Positions 1 to 10,877 of a stretch of DNA of 64,000 nt are shown one piece after another. Source of the DNA: Acidobacteriota bacterium (GTDB lineage Bacteria; Acidobacteriota; UBA6911); contig OY761556.1 in the NCBI GenBank assembly GCA_963664705.1, forward strand, positions 2,880,001 to 2,944,000, in the 5' to 3' direction. The notes beneath the pieces were generated by a model. That model did not search any database. It was not told where the DNA came from and saw only the letters and a list, made by a program, of their open reading frames with translations. Every line of letters begins with the position of its first letter. Positions within the stretch are counted from its first letter, which is position 1. The translations under genes were made by a program, and so were the position numbers.

Positions 1-2138
1 CTGAGCTTCAGACCGGTCTTCTGATCATAGACAAATTCTTCCTGAAGCTGGCATCCGGCAGTGAAATCCATGGCCTGGTCGATCTGGCTCTCCAGCGATG
101 TCCGCCGCAGAATTTTCCCGGGATCCGCAACGACTCCAAACCGAAGGATTTCCACCTCACCCGTCTCCGGATCAACCGCAACCTCGCATGTGGCGACGTT
201 CATGGTGTCCAGAGCCTTGCCTCGTTGATTCCACAGTGCCAATGGGGGCCTTCCCGAGAATGTGGCGAACAAATTGGATCGAACCGCCTGAGCGAGCGGG
301 ACCGCCTTGCCGGGATCGCTCTTGGCGATAACCTTGCCACCCTGCAGGTCCAGGTCTTCCGGCTTCATTCCCCTGAACGGGCTGGGAGCCTGCTTGGCAC
401 CGCCTCCCATGCTGATTCCACCTGTTGCCGGCGGCGTGTTCGCTTCCTCGATCACAGTCTCAAGGATCACTTTCTTGAGCTTGTTCGCGCACTCCTTGAT
501 GGCCCAGGAAGACGCTGTCGATCCGTCGCTGCCGCCTCCATAAGGCCGGTATATTTCGTGGGAATCCAGATCAATGCGAATGTCTTTGTACTCGAGTCCC
601 AGTTCTTCGGCGATGACCATCGCGTTGCATTCCAATCCATAGTGACCAATGGTGGGGCCCTGGGTAGCCAGATGCACAACGCCGTTGCGAAGCTCAAGCT
701 TGGTGTTGTACATCATACCGGAATGGCGCGGGCACTGGTTATATCTGAAGCTGGCTCCGTGCAGACGACCGTCCGGCAATTTCCTGGCGCCGGCAGGATG
801 CCAGTTCCAGCGCATCATTTTCTTTACCGCTTCCACGCAGGCTTCGTAGCTGGGCACAGGCTTGGAGTCGGTCTGGGATTCCGGCCCATGGAGATTCAGC
901 GTTGCGATCTCTATCGGATCCTTGCCCAGCTTTTCCGCAATCAGATATATCCCCACCATCAGGGAATCCCATGTCATGGGATTATGCTGCCCACTGAGGT
1001 ACATCTTCCCGCGGTTGCTGTCCACGATATCCATATTCTGCCGGACGTTCTGGCACCTGGTGGTGAAATAGGGACCATACGTCTGATCCATGGTATTGCC
1101 GAAACGGGAGCTGCCCCGGACGCCGGAATCCGCAATGGTAAAGTCGTCGATAGCGGTAATCAGGCCATTGCGCTTGAACCCTATCTTCAAATGAACATAG
1201 CGCTGGTTCAGGTTGAAGTCATACATTTCGTAACGATTGTTGACGCAACGGACGGGGCGACCGGTTCTCTTGGCCAGCAACGGTGTGATCAGCTGCGTTT
1301 TGCGATTTCCCCAATCGCAATATCTGCCGCCCAGGAACATGCCTTGCCTGAAAATCTTTGCGGTGGGTATGTGGTACATGTCCGCAATCGAATCTTCCGT
1401 CCAGGCTGGAATGCCCTCGACGCGCAGATTCTTGCCTTCACCGTGATTTGCGTCATCAAACCACCAGGCGATGGAGCCGGTCGGATTGGGTATGTGGCCT
1501 GCAAAAGCGGCAGTGTTGACGTCATATTCGATGATATGGTCTGCCTCGCGGAATCCGACCTCAATATCCCCATCGAGGATATTGGAATAGGAGACATTTC
1601 CCTTCTTGGGGGGATTTCCGCCGCCGGTTTTAGGGCTGCCGCCCTTGCCAATGGTAACCGGACGGATCACCGGCGCATTCGACTCCCTCCCTTTGCGGAG
1701 GTCCACGACATGAGGCAGAACTTCCCACTCAATATCAAGCGCGCGCAGACCGGCTTCGCAGATATCTTCATTTTCGGCTACGACAATGACGCCGACTTCG
1801 GCCCCTTCCTGATCCGCGATATTGTCCAGAAACGCCTGCGGGGGACCTCCCATGAATCCAGCCCCCTCGCTCAGATTTTTCATATCTTCGTCTTCCCAGG
1901 TAATGATGTCGACGACTCCGGGAATTGCCTTGGCTTTCGTGGTGTTGACCGACTTGATGGAAGCGTTTGCATACGGACTTCTGAGGAACTTGGCCTCAAG
2001 CATGTTGGGCACGACATAGTCGATGCCGAATTTTGCAACACCTGTTGCCTGGGACCATGACAATACGCCTGGAAGATTTGGTTTCCCGACGACTCTGAAA
2101 TCTTTCCTGGTTCCGTTCACTCCTGCCAAATCTGCCAT
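1..2138 (-). CDS. Xanthine dehydrogenase-family molybdopterin-binding subunit (3' end runs off the window)
   Basis: Manual - strand translation from ATG 2138 (RBS GGGAG): MADLAGVNGTRKDFRVVGKP...ATGVAKFGIDYVVPNMLEAKFLRSPYANASIKSVNTTKAKAIPGVVDIITWED, the typical a/b-hammerhead start. Missing from the ORF track, presumably because its stop lies outside the window. Confidence 0.85.
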   Translation of the reverse strand, partial: MADLAGVNGTRKDFRVVGKPNLPGVLSWSQATGVAKFGIDYVVPNMLEAKFLRSPYANASIKSVNTTKAKAIPGVVDIITWEDEDMKNLSEGAGFMGGPPQAFLDNIADQEGAEVGVIVVAENEDICEAGLRALDIEWEVLPHVVDLRKGRESNAPVIRPVTIGKGGSPKTGGGNPPKKGNVSYSNILDGDIEVGFREADHIIEYDVNTAAFAGHIPNPTGSIAWWFDDANHGEGKNLRVEGIPAWTEDSIADMYHIPTAKIFRQGMFLGGRYCDWGNRKTQLITPLLAKRTGRPVRCVNNRYEMYDFNLNQRYVHLKIGFKRNGLITAIDDFTIADSGVRGSSRFGNTMDQTYGPYFTTRCQNVRQNMDIVDSNRGKMYLSGQHNPMTWDSLMVGIYLIAEKLGKDPIEIATLNLHGPESQTDSKPVPSYEACVEAVKKMMRWNWHPAGARKLPDGRLHGASFRYNQCPRHSGMMYNTKLELRNGVVHLATQGPTIGHYGLECNAMVIAEELGLEYKDIRIDLDSHEIYRPYGGGSDGSTASSWAIKECANKLKKVILETVIEEANTPPATGGISMGGGAKQAPSPFRGMKPEDLDLQGGKVIAKSDPGKAVPLAQAVRSNLFATFSGRPPLALWNQRGKALDTMNVATCEVAVDPETGEVEILRFGVVADPGKILRRTSLESQIDQAMDFTAGCQLQEEFVYDQKTGLKL

Positions 2139-2373
2139 AATATGCACTCCCTATCATTTTTCCTGGGAAGGTTTGCTGAGTTGTTACATTGCCGGATATC
2201 GAACTGTCATCCGGATTCATTTTAGAGCAGTTCCCCTCTGGAAAGAAAGCAATCAAGAGGCCACGAATTTTGACGATTACACGAAAGAGCCTGTTTGGGT
2301 TCACTGGGAGCGTCGGCATCTCGCCGACAACAGCGCAGCCGCCTCATCCTGGACCAAACCGAAGTCCGAGCTC

Positions 2374-3081
2374 TTAGGCTCGGCCGCAGCATTTTTTATA
2401 TTTTTTCCCACTGCCGCAGGGACAAGGGTCATTCCGGCCGACCTGAGGCTCTGCCCGGCGAAAAGTCTCTATTTTCTCGGGCATGAACCCCTGGCTCCCT
2501 TCCATCATTTCGGCAGGAGTCTTGCCGTCAAACGCATCCCTTGGGGTCGATTGCCATTCCTTCTGCAATTTCCGTACACGGGGATCGTTCATCATCCGCT
2601 CATCCGGCTGAATCCCTCGCTCCTGGCAGAAGAGAATAAAGTCGGCCATGGTTTTGCCCTGAGTCGATTCCATCAAATTCTGCAATTGCTTCATGTCCAG
2701 TCCGGGAGGAAGCTTGACACCAGGAGGCAGCATGCCGGCGATTTGCGACAGGTCCAGTTGAGACAGGTCCGACTGGTCAGCGAATGGTTCGACGGCTTCA
2801 GCCTCTCCGCCTGCAGCTGCTTCGGATTCGGCAACTGTCCCGGGGACAATGATCTGCCTGATACCCGTCAGGAGCGCCGTCGCTTCATCAACATTGACTG
2901 CCGGGCTGTTTCCTTTCAGTTGTTCGACAATCCAGTCAATACTTTCTCCCTCTTCGAGGAGTTGGAGAAGGTCGTCTCCTCCAAATTGGGTGATGGAAGA
3001 CTTTTCAATGAACTCATTCAGCCTTGATTTCAATGCATCCAGGTCGTTTTCTTTCGATACCGGCGATTCGTTCGGGCTCAT
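2374..3081 (-). CDS. SEC-C (zinc-binding) motif protein
   Basis: C-terminal [20 protein letters not shown]; probable start MSPNES at 3081 after GAGGG. Confidence 0.85.
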   Translation of the reverse strand: MSPNESPVSKENDLDALKSRLNEFIEKSSITQFGGDDLLQLLEEGESIDWIVEQLKGNSPAVNVDEATALLTGIRQIIVPGTVAESEAAAGGEAEAVEPFADQSDLSQLDLSQIAGMLPPGVKLPPGLDMKQLQNLMESTQGKTMADFILFCQERGIQPDERMMNDPRVRKLQKEWQSTPRDAFDGKTPAEMMEGSQGFMPEKIETFRRAEPQVGRNDPCPCGSGKKYKKCCGRA

Positions 3082-3244
3082 TCGCATTCCCTCAGTTCTA
3101 AAATAATTGTTCGGACAATCTGAATATTGTATCGGAATGGGAAGGCCCCGGGCTAAAATTTCGCATACAGGGTCACTTTCCATTTGCAGCGGCGACCTGC
3201 CTTAGAGGAGAACCAACAAAATTATACGAAAAGGAGACACTACC

Positions 3245-4714
3245 ATGTGCCAGTGGAATGATCGGGACTCTCATGTGGGCAGGCGCGATTTCATAAAAGC
3301 AACCGCCCTGGCAAGTGTGGCTGCGGGCATTCCGACAACGGGATTTGCCAATCAGGATAAAATAAATCCGGCCGCATCGAGGATTGAACGAAGCAGAAAA
3401 AAGCTGCTCTACATCAGCGACGGGCAATCGGTGCACCAGCCATTGATGGACTCGATCAAGTCTATTCCGGAAACCGATCTCGACTTTACCCACATCAAAG
3501 CCAATTTTCAAAAATCGCAAGAGGTTATCCAGGCCATCCACAGCCAAGATGCGGATATTCTGCTCCTCTGCCTGCCGCGCATGACTTTCAGTTTTGGAAG
3601 TCTCTATGATTCGATGGGCGACTTGAACATTCCCATCATTGTTCTTTCATCGAATCCTGAATTGATCTTGATTGATGCAAATCTGGTGGCATCGCTCCGA
3701 GCCAATGGCGCGAATGTTACCTTTGCCCTTTCCGACGCGCAGGCTCTGGAAACGGTCAAGATTGCGCTATCTCCGAGAATTCTCGAAGGCAAACGAGCGC
3801 TCCTTTTCGGCAGACCCTTCGATTCCACGACGGTTCCGGCTCGCAATCTTACCGAGGATTATGTTTACCGACATACCGGAGTTCGAATCGCTTATCGGTC
3901 AATGGAGGAATTGACCGAGCTTTTTAGGGCAACCGATGAAACCGGCGCCCGAAGCGAAATGGAGCGATGGAAAAAAGAAGCGGTCGAGGTCATTCGTGTT
4001 TCAGACAAAGCCATTCTCGACGCATCCAGGCTGTACATGCTGCTGCGCGCCATCATAGAAAAGGAAAAGCTTTCTGCCGTTGCGATTGATTGCCTGGGCT
4101 TCACCATGCTGCCGAATCCGGTACTGCCCTATCCATGCCTTGCCTTTGCAAGATTAAGAGATGAAGGCATTACCGCCGCCTGCGAGTCGGATTTGTGCGG
4201 CCTTCTATCTTCCATGTTTCTGCAGGAGATTAGCCGGCGGCCCTCGTTTATGTGCAATGTCATGGCGGTGGACATGAAAAAGTCCAGTCTTGTCCTGAGC
4301 CATTGCGTGGCACCGCTGAGGCTGAATGGCTCCAGCGCGCCGGCAATGAAGTACCGTCTTCATGACTATCACAATTTTGGCAAAGGGGTTGTGCCCGAGG
4401 TCGAGTTTCCGATAGGAGCGGAGGTAACCACCGGTGAGTTCAGCAAGGATTTGAAAAGCTTTTCGTTTTGGCCTGGACGTATTCAATCCCAGGTGAAAAA
4501 CACGGATCATGCCGCACCCAAAGGCACCTTGCTCAACGCCTGTGCCAACACGATGGACGTGAGGGTCCGAGATGTGGACCGGTTCCTTCAAAATATTGCA
4601 GGAATCCACCACGTCATGATCACCGGCAACCATACGAAGTCGATCGAAAAAGCCCTGACGCGAATGAATGTCCGCCTAGTCGGACCATCTGACTTTTCAG
4701 CGGTGGAGGTTTAG
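3245..4714 (+). CDS. Tat-signal L-fucose/L-arabinose isomerase-like protein
   Basis: GRRDFIK twin-arginine motif plus hydrophobic stretch; AVAIDCLG..PCLAFARLRDEGITAACESDL and SHCVAP motifs; RBS AAGGAG. Confidence 0.6.
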   Translation: MCQWNDRDSHVGRRDFIKATALASVAAGIPTTGFANQDKINPAASRIERSRKKLLYISDGQSVHQPLMDSIKSIPETDLDFTHIKANFQKSQEVIQAIHSQDADILLLCLPRMTFSFGSLYDSMGDLNIPIIVLSSNPELILIDANLVASLRANGANVTFALSDAQALETVKIALSPRILEGKRALLFGRPFDSTTVPARNLTEDYVYRHTGVRIAYRSMEELTELFRATDETGARSEMERWKKEAVEVIRVSDKAILDASRLYMLLRAIIEKEKLSAVAIDCLGFTMLPNPVLPYPCLAFARLRDEGITAACESDLCGLLSSMFLQEISRRPSFMCNVMAVDMKKSSLVLSHCVAPLRLNGSSAPAMKYRLHDYHNFGKGVVPEVEFPIGAEVTTGEFSKDLKSFSFWPGRIQSQVKNTDHAAPKGTLLNACANTMDVRVRDVDRFLQNIAGIHHVMITGNHTKSIEKALTRMNVRLVGPSDFSAVEV

Positions 4715-4772
4715 AAAAGCCACGGATTAGCATTGAACCGAACAACCGGCACCAAGGAAATCGGAGCTGGCC

Positions 4773-5984
4773 ATGAGAAAAGACCTGTGGCAGAGAGCCG
4801 AGTATGTCTTCCACGCCGCACTGGAGCGGCCACCCGAATCTCGCAAAGCATTTCTCGCTGAGGCCTGCGGCAAAGATCTTGAGTTACGGACAGAGGTCGG
4901 GATTCTCCTTACCCAGGACGAACAGGCTGGAAGTTTCCTCGAAAAGCCAGTGCTCGCAGATATGCCCGAAACTTCCATGGTCGGCCAGACGGTTTCGCAT
5001 TTCCGGATTGTCGAAAAATTGGGTAAGGGCGGGATGGGAATCGTCTATAAAGCCGAAGACGCCCGGCTCAACCGTACCGTTGCACTCAAATTTTTGCCTG
5101 AAGAGATTTGCAGAGACCCGCTTGTGCTGGAACGCTTCCGTCGCGAGGCGGAAGCGGCCTCTGCCCTGAATCACTCCAATATCTGCACTATTTACGATAT
5201 CGACGAGCATGATGGCCGGCTCTTCATGGCAATGGAATTTCTGGAAGGCCAGACGCTGAAGCAGCGCATCGCCGGAAAGCGGATTGAGACCGAACAAATC
5301 ATCAATCTTGCCATTCAGATCGCCGATGCGCTCGATGTTGCCCACTCGAGAGGCGTCATCCATCGCGACATCAAGCCTGCCAATATTTTCATTACCAGTC
5401 GCGGTCAGGCCAAGGTTCTCGACTTCGGTTTAGCCAAGCTGGTTCCTGCACGCGAAACAGCCTCAGGGCAACCGGGAGAATCGAAAATAACGACGGAAGC
5501 CAATGAGCAGGATTTGACAATTCTCGGATCGGCGGTGGGCACACCCGCCTATATGTCTCCCGAACAGGCCCTTGGCAAGGAACTGGATACCCGGACAGAC
5601 CTGTTTTCTTTTGGCGTGGTAATTTACGAGACCGCGACCGGTGTCACTCCTTTCCGCGGCGAATCCTCGACTGCAACGCTTGATGCCATTATTCACAGCG
5701 CACCCATGGCGCCCTCGAAGATCAATCCCGATTTGCCTGACAGACTGGAACTCATCATAAACAGGGCTTTGGAGAAAGACCGCAATTGCCGTTATCAAAA
5801 CGCTTCGGATATAGGCACCGATCTTCAGCAGCTGAAACAGGATTTGGTTTCGCACCGTTCTGCCGGGCGGGAGGCTGCAAAGTCAACGAAATGGATAAGG
5901 ACCCTATCATACTGCTTTAGGAATCGCATACGCAGGCCTCGGGCAAAAACAGGCTGCCATCCGGGAAGACAAGGCATGGGGTGA
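4773..5984 (+). CDS. Hanks-type Ser/Thr protein kinase (kinase domain only)
   Basis: [44 protein letters not shown](L)FSFG. Confidence 0.95.
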   Translation: MRKDLWQRAEYVFHAALERPPESRKAFLAEACGKDLELRTEVGILLTQDEQAGSFLEKPVLADMPETSMVGQTVSHFRIVEKLGKGGMGIVYKAEDARLNRTVALKFLPEEICRDPLVLERFRREAEAASALNHSNICTIYDIDEHDGRLFMAMEFLEGQTLKQRIAGKRIETEQIINLAIQIADALDVAHSRGVIHRDIKPANIFITSRGQAKVLDFGLAKLVPARETASGQPGESKITTEANEQDLTILGSAVGTPAYMSPEQALGKELDTRTDLFSFGVVIYETATGVTPFRGESSTATLDAIIHSAPMAPSKINPDLPDRLELIINRALEKDRNCRYQNASDIGTDLQQLKQDLVSHRSAGREAAKSTKWIRTLSYCFRNRIRRPRAKTGCHPGRQGMG

Positions 5985-6091
5985 TTCAATATCGCTGGCG
6001 CGCATTTATACAATGGTGGGCGAGGATTACACATGGAATGCGTGACAAGCCGGGATTCCAGGCTTTCGTTCGCCAATATAGCCGCTGAAGT

Positions 6092-6130
6092 GCCACGAAT
6101 TTCACGAATTTGATTCGTGGAATTCGTGGC
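6092..6130. repeat. Palindromic hairpin between convergent genes (REP-like or terminator)
   Basis: GCCACGAATTTCACGAAT-ttg-ATTCGTGGAATTCGTGGC, 18-bp arms with one mismatch. Confidence 0.7.
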
Positions 6131-6140
6131 CGGAAATACC

Positions 6141-7058
6141 TCAATCCAAGGCTTGGGCTCCCTTGGGAAACGTCTTTTGCGACTGCCCAGTGATTATGGT
6201 CGGCAGGGCCACGCCATCGGCTCGGATATTTGCTGTAAAGATTTCCAAAATCTCATTTGCGTCATCGACAAGCACAAAATCCTGATAGGCGGTGTTAAGC
6301 AGATTCCCGGACAAATCGTAGGTTTTGGTGATTTTTGTGCCTGTGCAATCAGGATTTACAATATATCCTCCTTTAAACTTAACCGTGCTGACTGTACCGT
6401 TGACACCGCGGATCTGCGTCCCCTCATAATTGCCCTCCGAATCGTAGATGGCTTTGTTGACAGCGCCAAAAGGTATCGCACTGGTCGGAGAGGTCATTAT
6501 CATTCCCGTCATCGCGGTTCCCCACTCCCCCTCAAAATCGGCATTTGAACAGCCGAAGGCGTGGTTCCCATTACCATCCCTATCGAAATCCAGCAGGCCC
6601 TTGCGGCCGGGAAAAACCCTCTTTGCTTTGGTAATTGCGACCATCGGCGCTGCCGTAGCGGTTATGATTTTGTTAGCTTCTCTCCCCTTATTGACATACA
6701 AAAGGGCTTTGGTCGCCGTACCGATCAGGTTTCCGGATTCGTCGTAGAAGCTGAGATTTTCCGTGCCGGTGCAGTCGGAATTCACCGTAGCGATCCCAAC
6801 GATCTTGGCTCGGAGAGTGGTTCCCGCCATCGAGCCAGTACGTGCCCCAGACATATGGCCTTGTGCATCAAGCGTATAGATTCCGACCGACGCATATGGG
6901 TAGCTTATGCCGGCATTGATAATGGTGGCTGTTTCAATGTATCCCCAGGTTCCCGCCACATTTGCAGGCGAACAGATAAAATCATCCCCTGCCATCGCAG
7001 TCAGGCTTACCAGGAAAATACAGGCAAAAAACATCATTAAAACAAAACTTCGTTGCAT
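6141..7058 (-). CDS. Secreted protein with an internally duplicated beta-rich domain
   Basis: Signal peptide; two copies of CSxAxxxGxWG...VNxDCTGT...YDxSGNL. Confidence 0.8.
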   Translation of the reverse strand: MQRSFVLMMFFACIFLVSLTAMAGDDFICSPANVAGTWGYIETATIINAGISYPYASVGIYTLDAQGHMSGARTGSMAGTTLRAKIVGIATVNSDCTGTENLSFYDESGNLIGTATKALLYVNKGREANKIITATAAPMVAITKAKRVFPGRKGLLDFDRDGNGNHAFGCSNADFEGEWGTAMTGMIMTSPTSAIPFGAVNKAIYDSEGNYEGTQIRGVNGTVSTVKFKGGYIVNPDCTGTKITKTYDLSGNLLNTAYQDFVLVDDANEILEIFTANIRADGVALPTIITGQSQKTFPKGAQALD

Positions 7059-7173
7059 GGATGATCTCCTCTCTTAACGGATTTAGCCGAAATTTTTCCT
7101 AACCAGTATTCCGGGAATGGTTACAAAAAGGGTTAACGAAAAAAGCCGACGTGCGATAGGATTGTGGAAAAAA

Positions 7174-7761
7174 ATGTCGAATTGGGAGCAAAAGGACATA
7201 ACGTCACTGCTCGCTGCCTGGAAAAGCGGCGATGCGGATGCGCTCGATTGCCTGACGGATCTGGTATATCCGGAGCTGCGGCGAATTGCGCGCCGGACCA
7301 TCGCGGGCAAGCATATCGGCGACAGCCTGGATTCAGCAGCACTGGCTAACGAGGCATATATTAAATTGGTTCGCGCCGGGGGGATTGACTGCGAAAACCG
7401 AGCGCATTTCCTGGCGCTGTGCTCCCAGATTATGCGGCGCATACTTGTGGATCACGCACGTCAACGGGGCCTTGCCAAGCGCGGAGGCAATGCCACGCGC
7501 GTGCCTCTCGATGAAGTCCTGCTGATAGCGGAGGCTCGCGGTATCGATGTGCTCGCGCTGGACGAGGCACTCGATGCCCTCTCGCAGTTCGATAGCCGGA
7601 AAAGCCGTGTAGTAGAGTTGCGTTACTTCGGCGGCTTGAGTATCGATGAAACGGCTGAGGTCCTCGATATTTCTGTGGGCACTGTCAAACGTGACTTCAG
7701 GATGGCCCGAGCCTGGCTCCTCGCCGAGCTTGCCGGCAAACAAAACTCTGTCCGGTCATAA
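7174..7761 (+). CDS. ECF-type RNA polymerase sigma factor (kinase-associated type)
   Basis: ITSLLAAWKSGD, LVYPELRRIA, NEAYIKL, MRRILVDHAR...KRGG, VELRYFGGLSIDETAEVL. Confidence 0.9.
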   Translation: MSNWEQKDITSLLAAWKSGDADALDCLTDLVYPELRRIARRTIAGKHIGDSLDSAALANEAYIKLVRAGGIDCENRAHFLALCSQIMRRILVDHARQRGLAKRGGNATRVPLDEVLLIAEARGIDVLALDEALDALSQFDSRKSRVVELRYFGGLSIDETAEVLDISVGTVKRDFRMARAWLLAELAGKQNSVRS

Positions 7762-7966
7762 GGTATCGGGCCACTCCCGCTGTGCGGCTGGAAACTCCCT
7801 CAACTTTTGTGGATCTTTTTGCGGCATAAATGGCGGAGTCCGCACAGGTCTTGCCCGGTTTCTTTGAGATCCAGGATGAACCGGGCCGAGATCCATTCCA
7901 TCCAATAAGTCAGATTGTGTATGCCCTTTTCCATGGTTAAATGATTTCGGCAGGAAAGAGAGCGCA

Positions 7967-8980
7967 ATGGTGGGAGGTACGACGTTGGCGGTTATCTGCA
8001 GTGCACTTTGGTGGATGCTTCATGCTTCCCTCGCAATGCAGCCCGCCGTCGGCACAGAGACAGTGGCGCCGGCAGTCCATGAAACGGCAAATTCATCGAC
8101 GGAAGAATTCCTCCCTTACCAGAAGCCTCCGGAGCGTGCGGGAGAAGGGTTCAGTCTCAAGCTTAATGTGGATCTGGTCACCGTCGACGTAATCGTTCGG
8201 GACAAGCAAGGAGTTCTTGTCACTGGCCTGCGTGCGGAGGATTTTCTGGTCTATGACAACGGCACCGCCCAGCAGATAACCCATTTCTCTCGCGACGAGC
8301 TTCCACTCGCAGTTGCATTTCTGATTGACAGGAGCCCCAGCGTTGGCAACTACCTCTTTGAGTTGATCTCCACCGCTTGGAAGAAGTTCGAGCGTTTGAA
8401 GCCGTCCGACCAAGTCGTGCTGTTTGCCTTCGACAAATATCCCACACGGCTTACCGACCTTACCGTGGACCGGCAGCTGATGGCATCGCGGATTGCGGAT
8501 ATCGCCATGGGAGACAACACAAACATATATGATGCGCTGGTCGAATCCGCCCACTATCTGCGGACGGAAGCGCGGGAGCGGCGGCATGCGATCATTATGA
8601 TCTCCGACAATTACACCAACCTGATGCATTACGACGAAAAGGACGCTCTCCGAGCGCTCCTGGCGGCACCAGCCACACTATTCAGCGTCAAGGCTCCAAG
8701 CCAGTTTCATTGGGCTCCCCCCATAAAAGACCCCAAGCTTATAGAATTGCTCGCACGAGACACCGGAGGAAAGGTTGTGGATCTGGGTGCCGCAAAGACC
8801 ATTGGTGGGGCTCTGGACAGCGCCATTGAGGATCTGCGGCAGGGCTATACGATCGGATTTGCACCCTCGCGAACCGGCGATCCCGGCAGTTTCCACGCGC
8901 TGAAGGTGAGGCTCGCCAAGAGCAAACGCTGCCCAGGTTGCACGATTCAGGCGCGCAGCGGATACTATGCAGGGAAATAG
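7967..8980 (+). CDS. VWA-domain protein (acidobacterial type)
   Basis: LVTVDVIVRDKQG..VTGL.AEDF.VYDNG..Q.I..F; MIDAS-like DRSPS; C-terminal ARSGYYA. Confidence 0.85.
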   Translation: MVGGTTLAVICSALWWMLHASLAMQPAVGTETVAPAVHETANSSTEEFLPYQKPPERAGEGFSLKLNVDLVTVDVIVRDKQGVLVTGLRAEDFLVYDNGTAQQITHFSRDELPLAVAFLIDRSPSVGNYLFELISTAWKKFERLKPSDQVVLFAFDKYPTRLTDLTVDRQLMASRIADIAMGDNTNIYDALVESAHYLRTEARERRHAIIMISDNYTNLMHYDEKDALRALLAAPATLFSVKAPSQFHWAPPIKDPKLIELLARDTGGKVVDLGAAKTIGGALDSAIEDLRQGYTIGFAPSRTGDPGSFHALKVRLAKSKRCPGCTIQARSGYYAGK

Positions 8981-9097
8981 TGCCGTTCCATCTGTCATTT
9001 CAGCCAGGCTCATCCCTCTGTTCACGGATTCAACCGGCCTGCATTTCAAGATCGATTACAATGACAATTTGGAATTCGGATTGAGGAAGGAGCAGAG

Positions 9098-9727
9098 ATG
9101 GTGCAAGAACTGGGATCGAGATTACCCGACCTGTCACACATCGGGAGTCTCCATGTACTGAGACTGACGACACGGGAAGCATGCCTTGCTCATTTCGATC
9201 CGGCACGAGTCCAGGGTTATTGCGCCAGTTGTCCGAACTATGGATCCCGGTGGTCCTGTCCGCCCTTTCAAGATCTGTCCCTGGACCGTCTTGGGAACTG
9301 GTCGCATGCAGTGGTGGTAGGCCGCAAGGTCCCACTGCCACGCAAAGAAGCTCCTGCCGATCCCGAAGAGGCAAGATCATGGGCATTGGAGCGTTTCCAT
9401 ACCTCCAGGGCTGAATTTCGCGAGATTCTCCTGGAAGCGGAAAAAACCTTTCCTGGCTCCAGGGCCCTGGTAGCCGGTCACTGCGTTCAGTGCACCGCTT
9501 GTGCGCGGGAGACTGGCCATCCCTGCCGGTTTCCCGAGGACATGCGGTTTTCGTTGGAGGCGGTTGGTTTCGACGTTTCCAGTCTCGTAACGGTCGTTCT
9601 GGGGATATCGATTCACTGGCCGCGGCAGGGCTTGCCGGAATATTACCTGACAGTGGGGGCCCTTCTTTGTCGAGAAGGCGAAGCAGAGTCGATCCGGTGT
9701 GCTTTGGCTGCGCGATTCGGGAACTGA
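9098..9727 (+). CDS. DUF2284-like predicted metal-binding protein
   Basis: CASCPNYGSRWSCPP and GHCVQCTAC...CRFPEDMRFSLEAVGFDV. Confidence 0.8.
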   Translation: MVQELGSRLPDLSHIGSLHVLRLTTREACLAHFDPARVQGYCASCPNYGSRWSCPPFQDLSLDRLGNWSHAVVVGRKVPLPRKEAPADPEEARSWALERFHTSRAEFREILLEAEKTFPGSRALVAGHCVQCTACARETGHPCRFPEDMRFSLEAVGFDVSSLVTVVLGISIHWPRQGLPEYYLTVGALLCREGEAESIRCALAARFGN

Positions 9728-9907
9728 GGCAGCCGATCAAAGAAACTCGGCTCCGATTTACAAGGGCCGGAGGCCCGATAGAAAATAGCCAGGAGTGAAC
9801 GCAGCGAACCCCTGATTCGCGATCACAGAAGGAACAAGCCACGGCCAGGGGCGAAAGAGAGAGATTACCAAAGATACCTTTCGGCCTCTCTCGGCGGTTG
9901 CATATTG

Positions 9908-10537
9908 TTAGTCTGAGAGGGCAGATAGGGCAGCCATAAGGCTTTTTGCTCCATTGGGAGTCAGAATCCAGCCAAGCCCGGCACCATTGACCGCTACGGT
10001 TCCCCAGAACCTTATCTGAAATTCTGCTTTGGAGGATTTATGCCGGAACAGTTGCTGAGCCAGGAGAGCTCCTGGCCAGCCGCCAATCAGGCCACAAAGC
10101 AGTAAGGATCGCTCCCGCGTCCGCCAGCGCCGCTTTAGGGCGGCAGATTTGTCGCGCCAATACATGAAAAATGCAATAGTGCTTGCGGCAAAGTATAGAA
10201 TTACAATTTCCCCGGGAATGAGCCCCCTAAAGCCAAGAACCAATATTGATATCAGAAATGCAGGCGACACGAGCATGGCAATCCATAATCTCCGCTCGGA
10301 CTTTAGAGGCGCCGTTCCGCCTACCTTCTCACCACTATGGGAGACCGATACCGCCCGGAGCCTGCCATCCTCCAATTTCTCAGGATGGTAGAGAACCATA
10401 TCTCCAGCCCGGGGTCTTCTGGATCTGTCTTGAAATGCGGAGATGTGGGCAAAAACATCCGTACTTCCTGCAGAAGGAGAGATAAATCCAAAACCTTTTT
10501 CATCGTTCCACTCTCTCAGAACACCGTTGAGCTTCAC
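9908..10537 (-). CDS. Cold-shock plus DUF1294 domain protein
   Basis: WNDEKGFGFI..DVFAHISAF (CSD); YWRDKSAA...WRTRE..L....GGWPGALLAQQLFRHKSSK; GTG start after GGAGAG. Confidence 0.9.
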   Translation of the reverse strand: MKLNGVLREWNDEKGFGFISPSAGSTDVFAHISAFQDRSRRPRAGDMVLYHPEKLEDGRLRAVSVSHSGEKVGGTAPLKSERRLWIAMLVSPAFLISILVLGFRGLIPGEIVILYFAASTIAFFMYWRDKSAALKRRWRTRERSLLLCGLIGGWPGALLAQQLFRHKSSKAEFQIRFWGTVAVNGAGLGWILTPNGAKSLMAALSALSD

Positions 10538-10877
10538 TATTGCATCTCTCCAAGGCCAAATGGGATCAGACACTTCTGACTAATCTTATCGGCACTCAAC
10601 GCATTGTCGGCACAAATCATGAAAAATATCTGGGCGCTCTCGCGGTTTGGGGGCAAAGTCAAAAAAGCATGAACCAAAGTAGTCGGTTGGGGCCAAATTA
10701 CGTTCTTGAGAGAGAAGGCTCATTTTATCCAGATTGGAGCCAGAGGCCACCTGTTGGAAGCTCCATCCTGGCAATTGCGGCTTACGAGGAGTGCACGTCT
10801 GAGGTCAGGATCTGAGTGCCAGCGATTTCTCGACCGCTCAGGCCAATACATGCTCATCCAACAGCAAAGGTATATGA

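Noticed and set aside
225-2060. 611-aa + strand ORF
   Set aside because: Antisense shadow of the xanthine dehydrogenase-family gene on the - strand; no recognisable motifs
2023-3027. 334-aa + strand ORF
   Set aside because: Shadow of the SEC-C protein gene
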